A stretch of 63,165 bases of DNA, filler included, from Syncephalis fuscata S228 (GCA_025786725.1; 6 parts of 6 records of this genome joined end to end with filler, not necessarily neighbours in it), one strand, 5' to 3'. Counted from the whole stretch's first letter, positions 12,961 through 25,194 are shown. Program-made: numbers and translations. The notes: generated by a model not told the origin, from the sequence alone.

Positions 12961-15673
12961 TTACCGAACACGTCCCTCAATCGATAATGGATCGTTATTG
13001 CGCTCGTTAGTGCGCGACTGACTAAAGACTTGCCAAAAGCGAAGCGTCTCGTCTGGAGTACCCGTTACAACAGTACGGCCATCAGGCGATAATGCCATGT
13101 AAAGAATACGTTTAGTATGGCCGGTAAGCGTAGCTACTTGTCGCAGTAGCGGATATCGCCATATACGCAAATCATTGCGAGCAAATCCATGGGCCGATAC
13201 CAATTCATTGCTATGTCGTGACCATGCAAGATTACACACCTGGGACTGTGTGTCAATGGTATTCAATGCAGTGCCCGTCAGCGTGTTCCAAAAACGAATG
13301 CAGCCATCCTGTGAACCACCACCTGTGGCCAGCAAGCCTTCTTGATGCGGTGACCAGGCAATTGCCTTTACTGCAGCTGTATGGTCGCTAAACTGCCACA
13401 TCTGCGTGGATGTCTGGCGTCGATCCCAGATAAACACTTGGTTATCATTGGCACCACTTGCTAGCTGTGTATTCGAATGGTTCCAGCGTAGACCACAGAT
13501 TTCGCCTCGGTGAGCAGTCAGTCGTTGAATGTCCCCGCGAGGAGATCGTAAATCGCGTTGTACAATAATTCGGTCACGGCCACCTGAGGCCAGTGTCGTG
13601 CCACACCAAGACATTGCACAAATACGACGACGATGACTGGTATAAGCGCGCACTTCTTTCACTCGCTGCGCATCCCAAATCTGAATCTTTCCACTTTGAG
13701 TGGCTACTGCCAAAGTATTTCCCTAGATAAATAATAGTCAAGTAAGTTAAACTAATGTTTGTTTTATTTATATTTCTATTTAACTTACTTGTGGAGTCCA
13801 GCTTACACTAGTTACAATATCGTTTGGTGGGACTTCACATAGTTTTGTTACATCGCTCGTCACAGCATTCCATATGTACACGTTTCTACCTAGACCCACA
13901 CCAAGTAGATTTGTGCTGGACCAGTCAAGTAGGTTCAAGTAGTAATCATCAGCAATTTCAGGTGCATCAAGCACTTTAGACGGCTGTGAAGATACAGATA
14001 CCAATGGCATGCGTGGCTGGCCTAATATATCTAGACTGGTTGGACTTATTAGTGAGCCTGCTGCTGCGATTGTTGTTAAAAACCGTCGTGGACTCATAGG
14101 TGAAATATCAGCAAGGTTTGTGTTGGCCAATGCATTGTATCGACGTCCAGATACTCGAGATGGTGAAGAAAAGTTTAATATTGGAGATTGTGGCGATAGA
14201 TTTGCATCGTTTTGGCTCGTAGACAACCGCTGTGTCTGATGCTGTTGCTGCTGTTGCTGCTGCTGCTGTTGATTAGCACGCGGCTGTCCATCCTCGTCAA
14301 AACGATTAAGAAGTGTATCGTGCGATCGCCAGCCGATCAATGGTCCTTGCGTATTCGCTTGTCTTGTAGGTGACATGTGTGGAGTTGGTACAACAGTTCG
14401 ATTGCGTCGATGGCCAGTACCGCTTCGGCTAATATCCATAGGACGTGTGCGTAGAAGGGCGTTGTTTGGCTCACCACCAAGCATTTCAATACCTGCTATA
14501 GCGTTAAATGCTTCGTATCGTTGACCTATATTGCCATTTAATAAATAATTGCCCATAATGCCTTAATTTATTCTACTTACTTTGTGCATGTTCTGTATCT
14601 GTTTCAGGTGCACTTCGCTTATGATTATTCGATGTCAATTGAGCTACAACAGCGCCAACATGACGCGCTGCATGTAATTCAGCTCGTTGTTCCCATTGAG
14701 CACCATTAGGACGTGAAATGTATCGATTAGCGTCACTTCGATTTGGATGTCGATTAAAAGTAGGCGAACCAGGCATTCTATTGGGCGAACTAAAGATAAC
14801 ATCGTCTGTAATGGTCTGTGTAGGCGGCTCTGCTGACGTTTTAGGCGGTGGTGTAGTTACTCGTTGAATAGGCTCTCCATTAGTCGTCGAAGTTGACTGA
14901 ATATTACTATTTGACGCTGATCTAGGCATCATTGCGACTAATGGATTGGAATATAATATAGAATTTGGCGATACTGACTGAGGTGCAATAGCTGGATCGT
15001 TTTGTACCTCTCCAATTGATTCAGTTGATGACAGCCGTGTCGATGTCATTACATTACGTGTTGTCACATCTGATGTTTGTGTGGCAATTGATAAACATGC
15101 ATTTGCAGCATCAATGACTGCTGATTTTTTTGCCGTACGTTTTTTTGGTCGTGTTGTTGGCGTTTTTGGCTGTGACACTGATAGGGATTTAAACATTGGT
15201 GTAAACATAGTTCGTCCCTCTTCAGATAGCGGTGGTGTTGTCTCTCGATAATTATCTGATATATCTGTATGGTGAGGTTGGCTATAATGCGATGTTTTAT
15301 TGTTATTAGCATTTTCTGCTACAACTTGCATAAAAGAACTGTTATAGTTTGCCATTGTAGGCGATGTCGTCGACTGTTGACAGTACGTTGCCCATAATTC
15401 ACGTGCTTTAGCCCGTGTTACAACGCCAACAGTTGCCATATCGTCTAGTACTAATGATGGCGACAATGGTGGTGGCGGCGATGCTACAATAGGCTCAAAA
15501 TGAGCCTGGTTATTCATGGTATGGCTATGGGCCAGCCCGTTATTCGCTGGATAACTGGTTGACGTGGCATTTAAATCTATAGCATTTTCGTACACCATAT
15601 CGTGCAGGTCTTCTTCCGACAGTCTATTACGTAGCGATTTACGGCCTCGTCGACCATTACGAGTTTCAGTCAT
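12961..15673 (-). CDS. APC/C co-activator, Cdh1/Fizzy-related WD40 protein; 3 exons
   Basis: KVLDAPEIADDYYLNLLDWS, HTAAVKAIAWSPHQ.GLLATGGG, IDTQSQVCNLAWS and DETLRFW motifs. Long SP/TP-rich N-terminus. Confidence 0.9.
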
Positions 15674-16703
15674 CGTAACGGCCAGGTGAGAAAAGTTTAA
15701 ATACTATACAACGATTGTAGTAGCACGTAACAATAGCCTGATAGATTGTAGTTGTTTTGAGCGTAGATAATGCAAATAAAACGAACAAGATATATAAAAA
15801 CAAAAGATAATAACAGTTATTTGTAGAACATAAACAGAGTAGCGCGATCAATCAGCAAGCAAGACTAAAGAGCATATACTATTATAGAGAACAGGCGCGT
15901 TGCTTTAGCGATAGATGCAAGTGCAACAATAAGTATATAGCTTTGCTAAGCGGCAAAGGATGAACAGCGTGTACTTGGCAACACGGCAGTGTATGCGTAC
16001 AAACGTACAAGCAAACAAGCGTGTCGCTATGCAGTCGAAGGTGCTACAAGTTCACGTAATCAGGATTAGTGGACCGAAAAAAGTCGCTAAAAGGATAAAA
16101 TTGCAGGCCAGACGCGTCTTACAAAGCGTGGTGGTAAGGAAGGAAATAGGACGTGGTGTCCGTGTGTGTGGTAGAATAAGAAAGAGCAGTCAGTTCAGTT
16201 ACAAAAGTTATAAACTGCATACACTAGGAAAAACAAAAACAAATAGATTTCGGACCACAAACGTAGTGTTCCGCCCTTAATATAAAGCTACTTGTTCAAT
16301 AAAAGGATCGGCCGCTCAACTAGGCGTTAAAAGAGGGTAATGTCGGGGGTAAAGCTACAGGATGTGTGGCGATGCAAGGTGCAAACACTTTGTCGTCCAT
16401 GCATGCAAGTGCGTAACAAGAGCAAGTGAAGAAGCGTAGAAAGAATCGACGGTGGTAGTGGTGGTGGTAATGGCCGTGGTATTTTGTCATGAAGGCGACT
16501 AATAACAAGACGTAAATGGGGGAACTTTGATGGATCTGGATTGAAATTTGGATTAACCTCTTGTTTACGGTAGTACAATTATGATAATGCACCAATAGTT
16601 GTTGTTGGTTGATTAAATCACGTGGTTTAGTAAAATTTCTTTATTTTTTGTATTTATTATTTCTACTTTACTTTATCTTTTCACTGCCGTTATTATTACC
16701 GCA

Positions 16704-17925
16704 ATGGTCTTAGAAGAAGAAAAAGCCATTCATAAACAAGAAGAGGTGGCAGTACCGCAAGTTGTCTCAAACAACAGTGATGATGAAGATGGCGCACTGT
16801 TAGATGGTGGTCTATTCGAAGTAATCAATAATTAAATAAAATAGTGAATAATGAATAATGGCTAATAAATGGCTATATGTAGGAGCCGGCAAACTACCGG
16901 CCGCCATCGCCAGAAGCAACCTTTGTCGAGTATGATCGTGCAACAACGCAAGCTACATCGGATATTTTGCGTCTCAGGCTTGTTGGTGCTCATCCATTAT
17001 GGGGCCATTATCTGTGGAATGCTGCGCGTGTATTTGCCGATTATCTTGAGACAAATAGTGCAACACTTTGTCACGGTCGACGTGTACTTGAATTGGGTGC
17101 TGGTGCTGGTCTGCCTGGTATTATTGCATCGTTGAACGGCGCACAACGTGTAGGTTTATAAACTATTATCTAATAATAACAATGAACAAGATGAATTACT
17201 ATTTGATTAATTTGTTAATTTATTAATTCAACTTGATTTATTTAGGTATTATTAACCGACTACCCTGATGCTGATTTACTTGATAATCTACGAATTAATG
17301 CTCATAACATTGCACCTGATGCTGTTAATGCAAATCAGCTAGCCGTAGAGGTAAGTAAAAACCATCAGTATTAACTATACAAATATATTAATTAATAATA
17401 CAACACTAGGGATATCTATGGGGCTCATCCATTGAACAATTAGTAGCTACAACTGATATAACAAATGATATTGTTGAGCCAGGTCATTTCGACACGATTA
17501 TTCTTAGTGATCTGGTATTTAATCATACTGAACATCGATCAATGCTTCAAACAGTACGTGCATGTCTATGTAAAGCATCAGGTATGACTGTGCCAAGTCA
17601 AACAACAGCTATGCCAAGATACGATGAACAATTAAACGCCATTCCACGCGATGCACCTTGTCCGCCATTATTACCATTAACGCAACGCGAAACAACTGCA
17701 CCTCAAGCACTTGTATTCTTCTCGCACCATCGACCATGGTGGGCAGCACGTGATTTACACTTTTTTGAATTGGCACAATCATCATCGCCAATTTATGGCC
17801 AATTACGTGTTGAGCGTATTCTCGAAAAGCGTCTACAGCCAATGTTTGAAGAAGATCCAGGATCGGCTGAAGTACGTGCCACTGTACACGGTTACCGCCT
17901 TACATTGGCCGAATCAGTTAATTAA
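16704..17925 (+). CDS. EFM7: Protein N-terminal/lysine methyltransferase EFM7 (NNT1)-like; multi-exon
   Basis: LRLVGAHPLWGHYLWNAA, VLELGAGAGLP, TDYPD, SDLVFNH, FFSHHRP and PMFEEDPG motifs. Confidence 0.85.
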
Positions 17926-18248
17926 ATAATAAATAGGATTATCGTAATAAATGAATCAGTTAATTGGCTAATTGCTTAATTAAAGCTATTGTATAAATGA
18001 ATGGCAATGATTTATTGTTACTTGATAGAAGAACAAGTAATAAGCAGGGGGAAAGAAGGCATAGTCGGTATAATGTATAGATAGATAGATATATTGAGAA
18101 AGATGATTATTAGTAGGATAATAATAGTGCCATCTTATATAGTAGATAGCCGATATAGTCATCCAAAAACAAAACAAAGACAAGCTTATAGATTTGAGCT
18201 AAAATGTAGCCTTGTATACGCGATAAATAGTACCATGCATTATTATTA

Positions 18249-18624
18249 TTAAGCATTCTCGGCGTACATTGCATCGATAATCTCTTGATATTTAGCTTGA
18301 ACTGGTTGACGTTTTACCTTGAATGTAGGTGTCATCAAGTCGTTCTCAACGGTGAATGCTTCATGCTCAAGATGGATGTTTTTTACGTTCTCAAAGCCTT
18401 TAAGATCATTTTGCTTGCCAAATACGTTAAGTTGGCGTAGAATATGCTGACGAATTTCTTCGTTTGCACATAGCTCCTTAAACGTTTTGTCAGCCATCTT
18501 GTGACTGGCAGCAAACTTCAAAAGCTCCTCTTCATCAGGCACAATAATACCGACTAGCGTTGCTTGCAATGAATGACCATAAACGAATGATTGTGCAACC
18601 AATTCATGCTTCTGGTACACATTT
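18249..18624 (-). CDS. Long-chain fatty acyl-CoA synthetase, C-terminal fragment (cut by gap)
   Basis: VAQSFVYGHSLQ..LVGIIVPD, LKGFE and FTVENDLMTPTFKVKR motifs. Confidence 0.85.
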
Positions 18625-18724
18625 NNNNNNNNNNNNNNNNNNNNNNNNNNNNNNNNNNNNNNNNNNNNTTAATTAATTAANNNNNNNNNNNNNNNNNNNN
18701 NNNNNNNNNNNNNNNNNNNNNNNN
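18625..18724. other. Assembly spacer (N run with TTAATTAATTAA six-frame stop linker); also at 32188-32287, 46202-46301, 59155-59254 and 61771-61870
   Basis: The same 100-nt N/linker structure occurs five times. Confidence 0.97.
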
Positions 18725-20913
18725 GATTCCACAGTATATAATTAGCACATGTTCTATTGATATACAGCTCAACTTACTGCCTATTAATATTAAGTTGTTG
18801 ATGGATACATTAAATAGCATGTGATTAGTAAATAGCTAATTAGTATACAATATAACTTACTCCCTATTAATATTAAATTATTGATGAGCACAATACATGG
18901 TATATAATTAATGTATAGTCAGTTAATACACAATATCACTTACTGCCTATTAATATTAAATAATTGGTACAATCAATAAATAGCATAGTTAATGTATAGT
19001 CAGTTAATATACAATATCACTTACAGACTATTAATATTAAATAATTGATACAATCAGTAAATAGCATAGTTAATGTATAGTCAGTTAATATACAATATCA
19101 CTTACAGACTATTAATATTAAACAATTGGTACAATCAGTAAATAGTATAGTTAATGTATAGTTAGTTAATATACAATATCACTTACAGACTATTAATATT
19201 AAATTATTGGTACAATTAGTAAATAGCATAGTTAATGTATAGTCAGTTAATATACAACATCACTTACAATCTATTAATATTAAATAATTAATGCCATTAA
19301 TAAATAGCATAGTTAATGTATAATCAGTTAATATACAATATCACTTACCGTCTATTAATATCAAATAATCAATACAATCAGTAAATAGCATAGTTAATGT
19401 ATAATCAGTTAATATATAATACCACTTACCTGCTATTAATATTAAATTATTGATGAGCACAATACATGGTATATAATTAATGTATAGTTAGTTGATATGC
19501 AATATCACGGGGACGTTGCTAGCCCAGTTGGTAAGGCAGCGTCTACCGAGCTGAAGGCTTCGGGTTCAAACCTCAGTTTGAATCAATCCTTAAGTGGAAA
19601 TCCCCCCCCCAGTTTTTTCTAGTTAACAAATTGCAAACCAGAACCCAATAAGTAGGTCCGGAAACAAAACCTTGGCCAGAATAGCCAAGGAAAAACAATT
19701 GGGACCAACTTCAAGGGAATAGTGCTGTGTAGCACCATTTAAAAGAAGATGACCCGTGTGAAATCTATATGGGCCGGATTTTACGCAAAAACGTGGCAGT
19801 CCGCCCGTTAAAAGTTTGGAAAAGTCCAAATATAGTGGGAAGTAGCACAAATTCTTTAATTATGCGCAGCGGGGGCTCACAAGCTCTTCAAAATAAACTA
19901 AAATAATATACAATATCACTTACAGTCTATTAATATTAAATAATTGATACAATCAGTAAATAGCATAGTTAATGTATAGTCAGTTAATATACAATACCAC
20001 TTACGGTCTATTAATATTAAATTATTGATACAATCAGTAAATAGCATAGTTAATGTATAGTCAGTTAATATACGATACCACTTACGATCTATTAATATTA
20101 AATAATTGGTATCATCAGTAAATAGCATAGTTAATGTATAGTTAGTTAATATACAATATCACTTACATTCTATTAATATTAAATAATTGGTACAATCAGT
20201 AAATAGTATAGTTAATGTATAGTTAGTTAATATACGATATCACTTACTGTCTATTAAATCAAGTTGTTGATATGCACAATACATGGTATACAATTAATTC
20301 ATAAGTCAGCAATATACAATATCACTTACTATCTATTATTATTAAGTTGTTGATATATATTATGCATAACACGTGGTTAGTACATAGTCCGCCAATATAC
20401 AATGCTACTTACAGCCTATTATTGTTAAGTTATTGATACACACAACGCATAATATATAATTAGTCAGTGTGCAATCAGTGTACAATATAACTTACATTGG
20501 TCTAATATCAAGCCATTGATACATACAACACATAATATATAATTAGTTAATACTCAACTAATATACAATACAACTTACCCACTATGGCATCAAATTGTTG
20601 ATGGACATAATACATGATATATGATTAATTTATAAGTTAGCATATACAATATCACTTACCGCCTATTGTTATTAAGTCATTGATACACATAGCGCATAGC
20701 ATGCAATTAGTGAGCAATCAACTAATATACAATATAACTTACAGCTATCTAATATTAAGTTGTCAATGGATACAGTACATGACGTATAATTAGTGTATGC
20801 TTTATTGGTATATAATAGAACTTACTAACTATTAGTATTAAGTTGTTGATACACATAGTGCATGGATATAATTAGTGAGTTATTAGTTAATATACGATAC
20901 AACTTACAATCTA
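18725..20913 (-). repeat. Tandem array of ~81-83 bp units (intron + micro-exon)
   Basis: ACTTAC recurs every ~81-83 nt. The minus-strand unit is GTAAGTGATATTGTATATTAAC...AATATTAATAG + NNN. Confidence 0.95.
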
Positions 20914-21077
20914 ATAGTATCATTAGTTAGCAATACTATTAATAAGCAGATACTATGGCATATTTATTGTTATTGCAACATACCACGACGAACTAAGGCT
21001 GGTTTAGCATCCACTATGGCTGTACTGGCCACAAGAGCCACGACAATGGTGCAAACAACGGCAATGGAAAGCTTCAT
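18778..21077 (-). CDS. Micro-exon gene 1: secreted Cys-rich peptide precursor (3' end lost in gap)
   Basis: Exon 1 (21077-20984) encodes a signal peptide plus KPALVRR and ends at a phase-1 GTATGT donor. It is followed by 22 AG|exon|GT micro-exons (20 of 3 nt, 2 of 6 nt) that splice to DFNSCVDQCYNKYHHSDDFFFCRS with no stop. Confidence 0.8.
19509..19903 (+). mobile_element. tRNA-derived SINE, copy 1 (more diverged), inside an intron of micro-exon gene 1
   Basis: A box TAGCCCAGTTGG, B box GGTTCAAACC, LINE-derived 3' part and A-rich tail. Flanking 16-mers at 19493-19508 and 19904-19919 differ at 2 positions. Confidence 0.9.
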
Positions 21078-21453
21078 GGTGATATTGAATTGTTAAGATA
21101 AACAAAAAAAGAGATAGTAGAGTGTGGTTGGTATAAAGTGGAGAGTAGTGCGCGTGTAGCAAGAAGTAGAGTGTGATGAGGATATTGCAGTGGGTTGTGT
21201 ATATTTTGTGGGCTATTTAAACTTATGGTTTACTGATATGCTAGCATGCTGTAATATATGAGATATACCATTGATGTGTAATATGGGCCAATAAAGCAAT
21301 CCAAATAATGGTTTGAGGTGCACATGCACCAATAGATTCATGGCGTAATATTATGCTTTCAAACTTAATTTCAACCTGCTCGGCATTTGCACAAATGACA
21401 CGGCAATTCCAATGAGCATTACATGTGCGATAGAGACATGTACATCGCTTTGC

Positions 21454-21804
21454 TTTTTTATTATACGGTCTAACTATTTGGTAAAAGCAAGGTATTGTTT
21501 AACTTTGTAAAAGCAATAGTGATGTCTTTGCCGCCATTTCTACCGATTCAGTCCTCAATATCTGCATGCATACTAAACAGCACACAACCTGCCCGGTCTT
21601 TACTTCAATCTGTTAGTCATTTGCATGAGTACTGTAACGGTGTTCATAACCCAGTACATATGGTAAAATAGACACATTAACCTGTTTTTTTATTACACGG
21701 TCTAACTATTTGGTAAAAGCAAGTATATTGTTCGGTTTTGTAAAAAAGATAATGATGTCTTTGCTGCCATTTCTACCGATCGGTTCTCAATATCTGTTGC
21801 ATAC
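21454..21804. repeat. ~120-bp imperfect direct repeat upstream of micro-exon gene 1
   Basis: 21454-21573 and 21685-21804 share CGGTCTAACTATTTGGTAAAAGCAAG...GATGTCTTTGC.GCCATTTCTACCGAT. Confidence 0.8.
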
Positions 21805-23307
21805 AGAATAGCACTTAGCACTAATGCAAAAACAAGTTTATCAAACTAGTATTTTATACAGGTTTTTACTGCTATACATAGGCCAGTTGTAATTTTTAAA
21901 TAATAAAGTATATTGATTGGTACATGCATGCATTTCATTCGACACTATGCCCATTGTTATGGGGTAGTAATTGCTTTGAATTCACAAATGCATCACATTC
22001 AAGCATATCATGCTATATGTTGTGCAACTACCATCATTCAAATGACGGCCAATCTAAATTACCTGAAATTGATTATACAATAAGTACTGTTTGTAGGATA
22101 ATGCATCACGACATTTGAGCAATGGAATATTTCAACAAGTCATTTTCGCCATCAGTTTTCAGCTGTAAACTAGATTGTATCGACTAAATTACACGCAATA
22201 CAATATGTAGACACTAGAATAAACACAATAGAAAGTTCTGCTTAAATATTACAAATTTTAATGCATAATGTAAATGGGTTTGCATATCAATGGGTAATCA
22301 TCCAAGGTCTAACTACTGCTTAAATTTCTGAAACCAATTCTGACAAGTCAAGCAATATGGAATATAGAAGAACAAGCCAAAGCAGAAACCAATAGAAAAC
22401 AATTGACAGCTTAAAGGTTTACTGGTTTAACATATAGCAAATCGCTATAGTTAGGCTAAGCTGGACTGTGTTTATCAAAAAGTTAATTGCTACTGATGCA
22501 GCTAGAGAAGCAGTAATGTTAAACCGAGATAATGCACAGAAAACAGAGAGATGTAAATAAAATTGAATCAATGAGTTTAGTAATTAAATAACTTATATTG
22601 TCACTATAATTTATAATTATGGTTATTTGTGCGGATAAATATTTACAATCACATTGTAACTTCTTATATGCTTACATTTACACGACCACCAACTAAGCCA
22701 ACTATTATAAAGCTTAATCTAACTAGTTATTAGAGTAAACAGCTAATATTATACATTATTGCAATAATAGAAAAACAGATTAATTTCATTTATTGACCAT
22801 TAATAAAAGCTGTATAGCTATATATTAAAGTAAAACAAAACATTAGACTGAGTGAGTAATACTTACATGGTTAAATCATTTTACTTTGACTCTCACATTT
22901 TTATTTACTCATTTCACTGCCTTTTCCTATTGTTATCTTATTGTTCTATTCAATACTATATTACATGATAATGTTGAATATAAAAATATAAATAGCATGC
23001 GTATTTGAACATCAATAAAAAACACTATTCAATCCCTAGTCTTTATTTCTGTTATTATACATCAACACCTGTACAAGTAACCTCAATGGCATGCCGTATC
23101 TTCTGGTTACAGCCGTCGCCACAAGATCTTCCTGATAAAGATACTCAACCTATCATTATTGCATATGGTGGAGGCCATTTACTTTATCAATAATCAGTAA
23201 ATAAACTGCGCCTACCAAGTTAATACTAAGAATGTTTAAGAGAATGGTGAACATCAGAAGCGCTAAATATTTTACCTTTTTTGTCACCATAGACGATTAG
23301 CTTAATT

Positions 23308-23480
23308 ACAAATATGCCCAAAATGCAACGGTAGGATATTGGAAAATAGAAGAGACCATTTAGATGCAATAATTTATACTGTACGTAGCAACATTAACAG
23401 CTGCGGAACGATATGAGATTGCAACCATATGGCTTCTATTAATATTCAATCAATCTTTCTACGCATAGCCAACAACAATA
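23308..23480 (+). repeat. Dispersed ~170-bp repeat; second copy at ~48189-48363
   Basis: Shared ACAAATATGCCCAAAAT...AAAATAGAAGAGACCATT...TCAATCTTTCTACGCATAGCCAACAACAA. Confidence 0.8.
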
Positions 23481-24080
23481 ATCGGCCTCAAATGTTTCAA
23501 AGAAATCAAATAGTATGTTACATTGTTTATTTAAATGTTTAAAATAGCAGTTACTAATACAATGTTCTGTTACAATCAACTCTATTTTATAGAAATGATA
23601 ATGCTATTACATTTATTATATTTATTGTGAATAATGATTTAAACACAAATCAATTAAATCAACTCGTCAGCTCTTTAAATTATTATAATCGATTGCGTAA
23701 AAAGATTACTGCCCTGGAAGGAATAAAAGCAAATGCCAACCAACAAACCATTACTGTTATTTTAAATGAAAAGGGAAAGTGTAATAAAATATGTATATAG
23801 TGGGTTATTTGCACTAAAAATAGCTATAACTGGTTTAGATGCTGTGATTGCCGAGTAAACTAGCCTGAATCCGCCCATCTTTCTATGGCTAGCCACGTGT
23901 CGTTGCATAAAAAGGCAATACGCAGTTTTACATACACCTCAAACGAGCTATATGATTAAAAATGGATATGAAAGAATTTTTATTCTACTTCTTGTTGGCG
24001 TCGCTCTCTTCTTCCAATCCATATACGTGTGCTTTCTAGCCTATATAAATACACTATCTATCATTTAATTATTATCTACA

Positions 24081-25058
24081 ATGAAGTTATATCAACAACA
24101 AGCAGCACTAGTGGCCTATATGCTGGCAGCACTGGTTGCTCCATCACCACTGGCCAATGCTATTACCCTTCCACTATCTGATTTTGTTGCTAATGGCGTA
24201 CGCAAAGGCGAAGCAACCTTTTATGACTCAGACGGCAGCGGTCATTGCTCTTTGGGGCCACGATCTGACGGTGTGTTTGGTGCCATGACTTCAAAGTTAT
24301 GGTCAATGGCCGCTGTGTGTGGTATTTGTGCTGAAATATCACATAAAGATAAAAAGGTTGTTGTGCCCATTGTAGACGAGTGTCCAGGTTGTTCCGACGG
24401 CAGTATTGATTTATCACGTAATGCTTTCCGGGCCCTTGCTTCGGAAAGTGCTGGTCGTATTGAAATTAGCTGGACAGTTGTGCCATGTCCCGTACAAGGT
24501 ACCCTTCGTTATCGCTATAAGCCCGATGCCAATGCACAGTACCTTGCCGTACAATTGCTTAATTATGCAGTACCGGTTCGTTCGGTTGAGTGTCGTACGG
24601 CGGGTAGCGGCACTTGGCAAATGCTGCAACGTTCTGTCGATAACTACTTTACCGGCACTACACCAGGCAATGCCGGTAGTGCTGGCCTCGACTTCCGTGT
24701 GACGCCGTATGGTGGATCGGCCGTTGAAGATACGGCTATATCATTTAGCCCAGGTCAAACGATTTCTGGCAAGCAAAGCTTAGGCAGTATCAGTGTGGTC
24801 AGAGGCAGCGACGGTCAAACACATGTAGCTTTTAATACATCGAATGGCAAGGGTGTTTCTGCTACTATTGGTTCGAATGGTGTTGATGTTGATTTGAACA
24901 ACATTAGCATTGAATCACTTGCCAACTCCATCAAATCAAGCAACTCTACCGATACAGCCGAGCAGAAAACGGCCAGCGAAAATTCAAGTAATCCATCTTT
25001 AACTATCTCTGTTACATGGCTAGCCAGCTTGACAGCTATCTACCTACTTTTACAATAA
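24081..25058 (+). CDS. Secreted two-domain expansin-like protein (DPBB + CBM63-like), probable GPI anchor
   Basis: Signal peptide, GEATFY, CG.C, VDECPGC, IDLS..AF and GRIEISW motifs, second domain YLAVQL...RSVDNYF, Ser-rich linker and hydrophobic C-terminus. Intronless. Confidence 0.85.
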   Translation: MKLYQQQAALVAYMLAALVAPSPLANAITLPLSDFVANGVRKGEATFYDSDGSGHCSLGPRSDGVFGAMTSKLWSMAAVCGICAEISHKDKKVVVPIVDECPGCSDGSIDLSRNAFRALASESAGRIEISWTVVPCPVQGTLRYRYKPDANAQYLAVQLLNYAVPVRSVECRTAGSGTWQMLQRSVDNYFTGTTPGNAGSAGLDFRVTPYGGSAVEDTAISFSPGQTISGKQSLGSISVVRGSDGQTHVAFNTSNGKGVSATIGSNGVDVDLNNISIESLANSIKSSNSTDTAEQKTASENSSNPSLTISVTWLASLTAIYLLLQ

Positions 25059-25194
25059 ATTATCGATATGTCGACGTAGTTTTAAATAAATAAGTCTATA
25101 GTGTGTATTACAGCTATTTACTATTTTGCATTTATAAAATAAATGTTAGAATCTAGCATTGCTATTATTTATTTGCATAAATGAAAAATACTAA

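Noticed and set aside
15960-16595. Short ORFs between the Cdh1-like gene and EFM7
   Set aside because: They lie in a divergent promoter region and show no recognisable protein features.
18669-18680. TTAATTAATTAA palindrome inside the N runs
   Set aside because: Artificial linker, so adjacency of segments across these spacers should not be trusted.
19916-20128. ORF with a 27-aa repeat (MLFTD...)
   Set aside because: By-product of the 81-nt period read through intron sequence.
18778-20910. Reading the micro-exons in phase 0 (ILIAAWTNAIT...)
   Set aside because: This frame is also stop-free, but the canonical GTATGT donor after exon 1 fixes phase 1. Phase 1 also gives the shared Cys pattern and the terminal stop in gene 2.
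18725-20913. CRISPR array or plain satellite DNA
   Set aside because: The context is eukaryotic with no cas genes, and the variable part is only 3-6 nt. Invariant splice signals, triplet lengths and the upstream signal exon are better explained by intron/micro-exon units.
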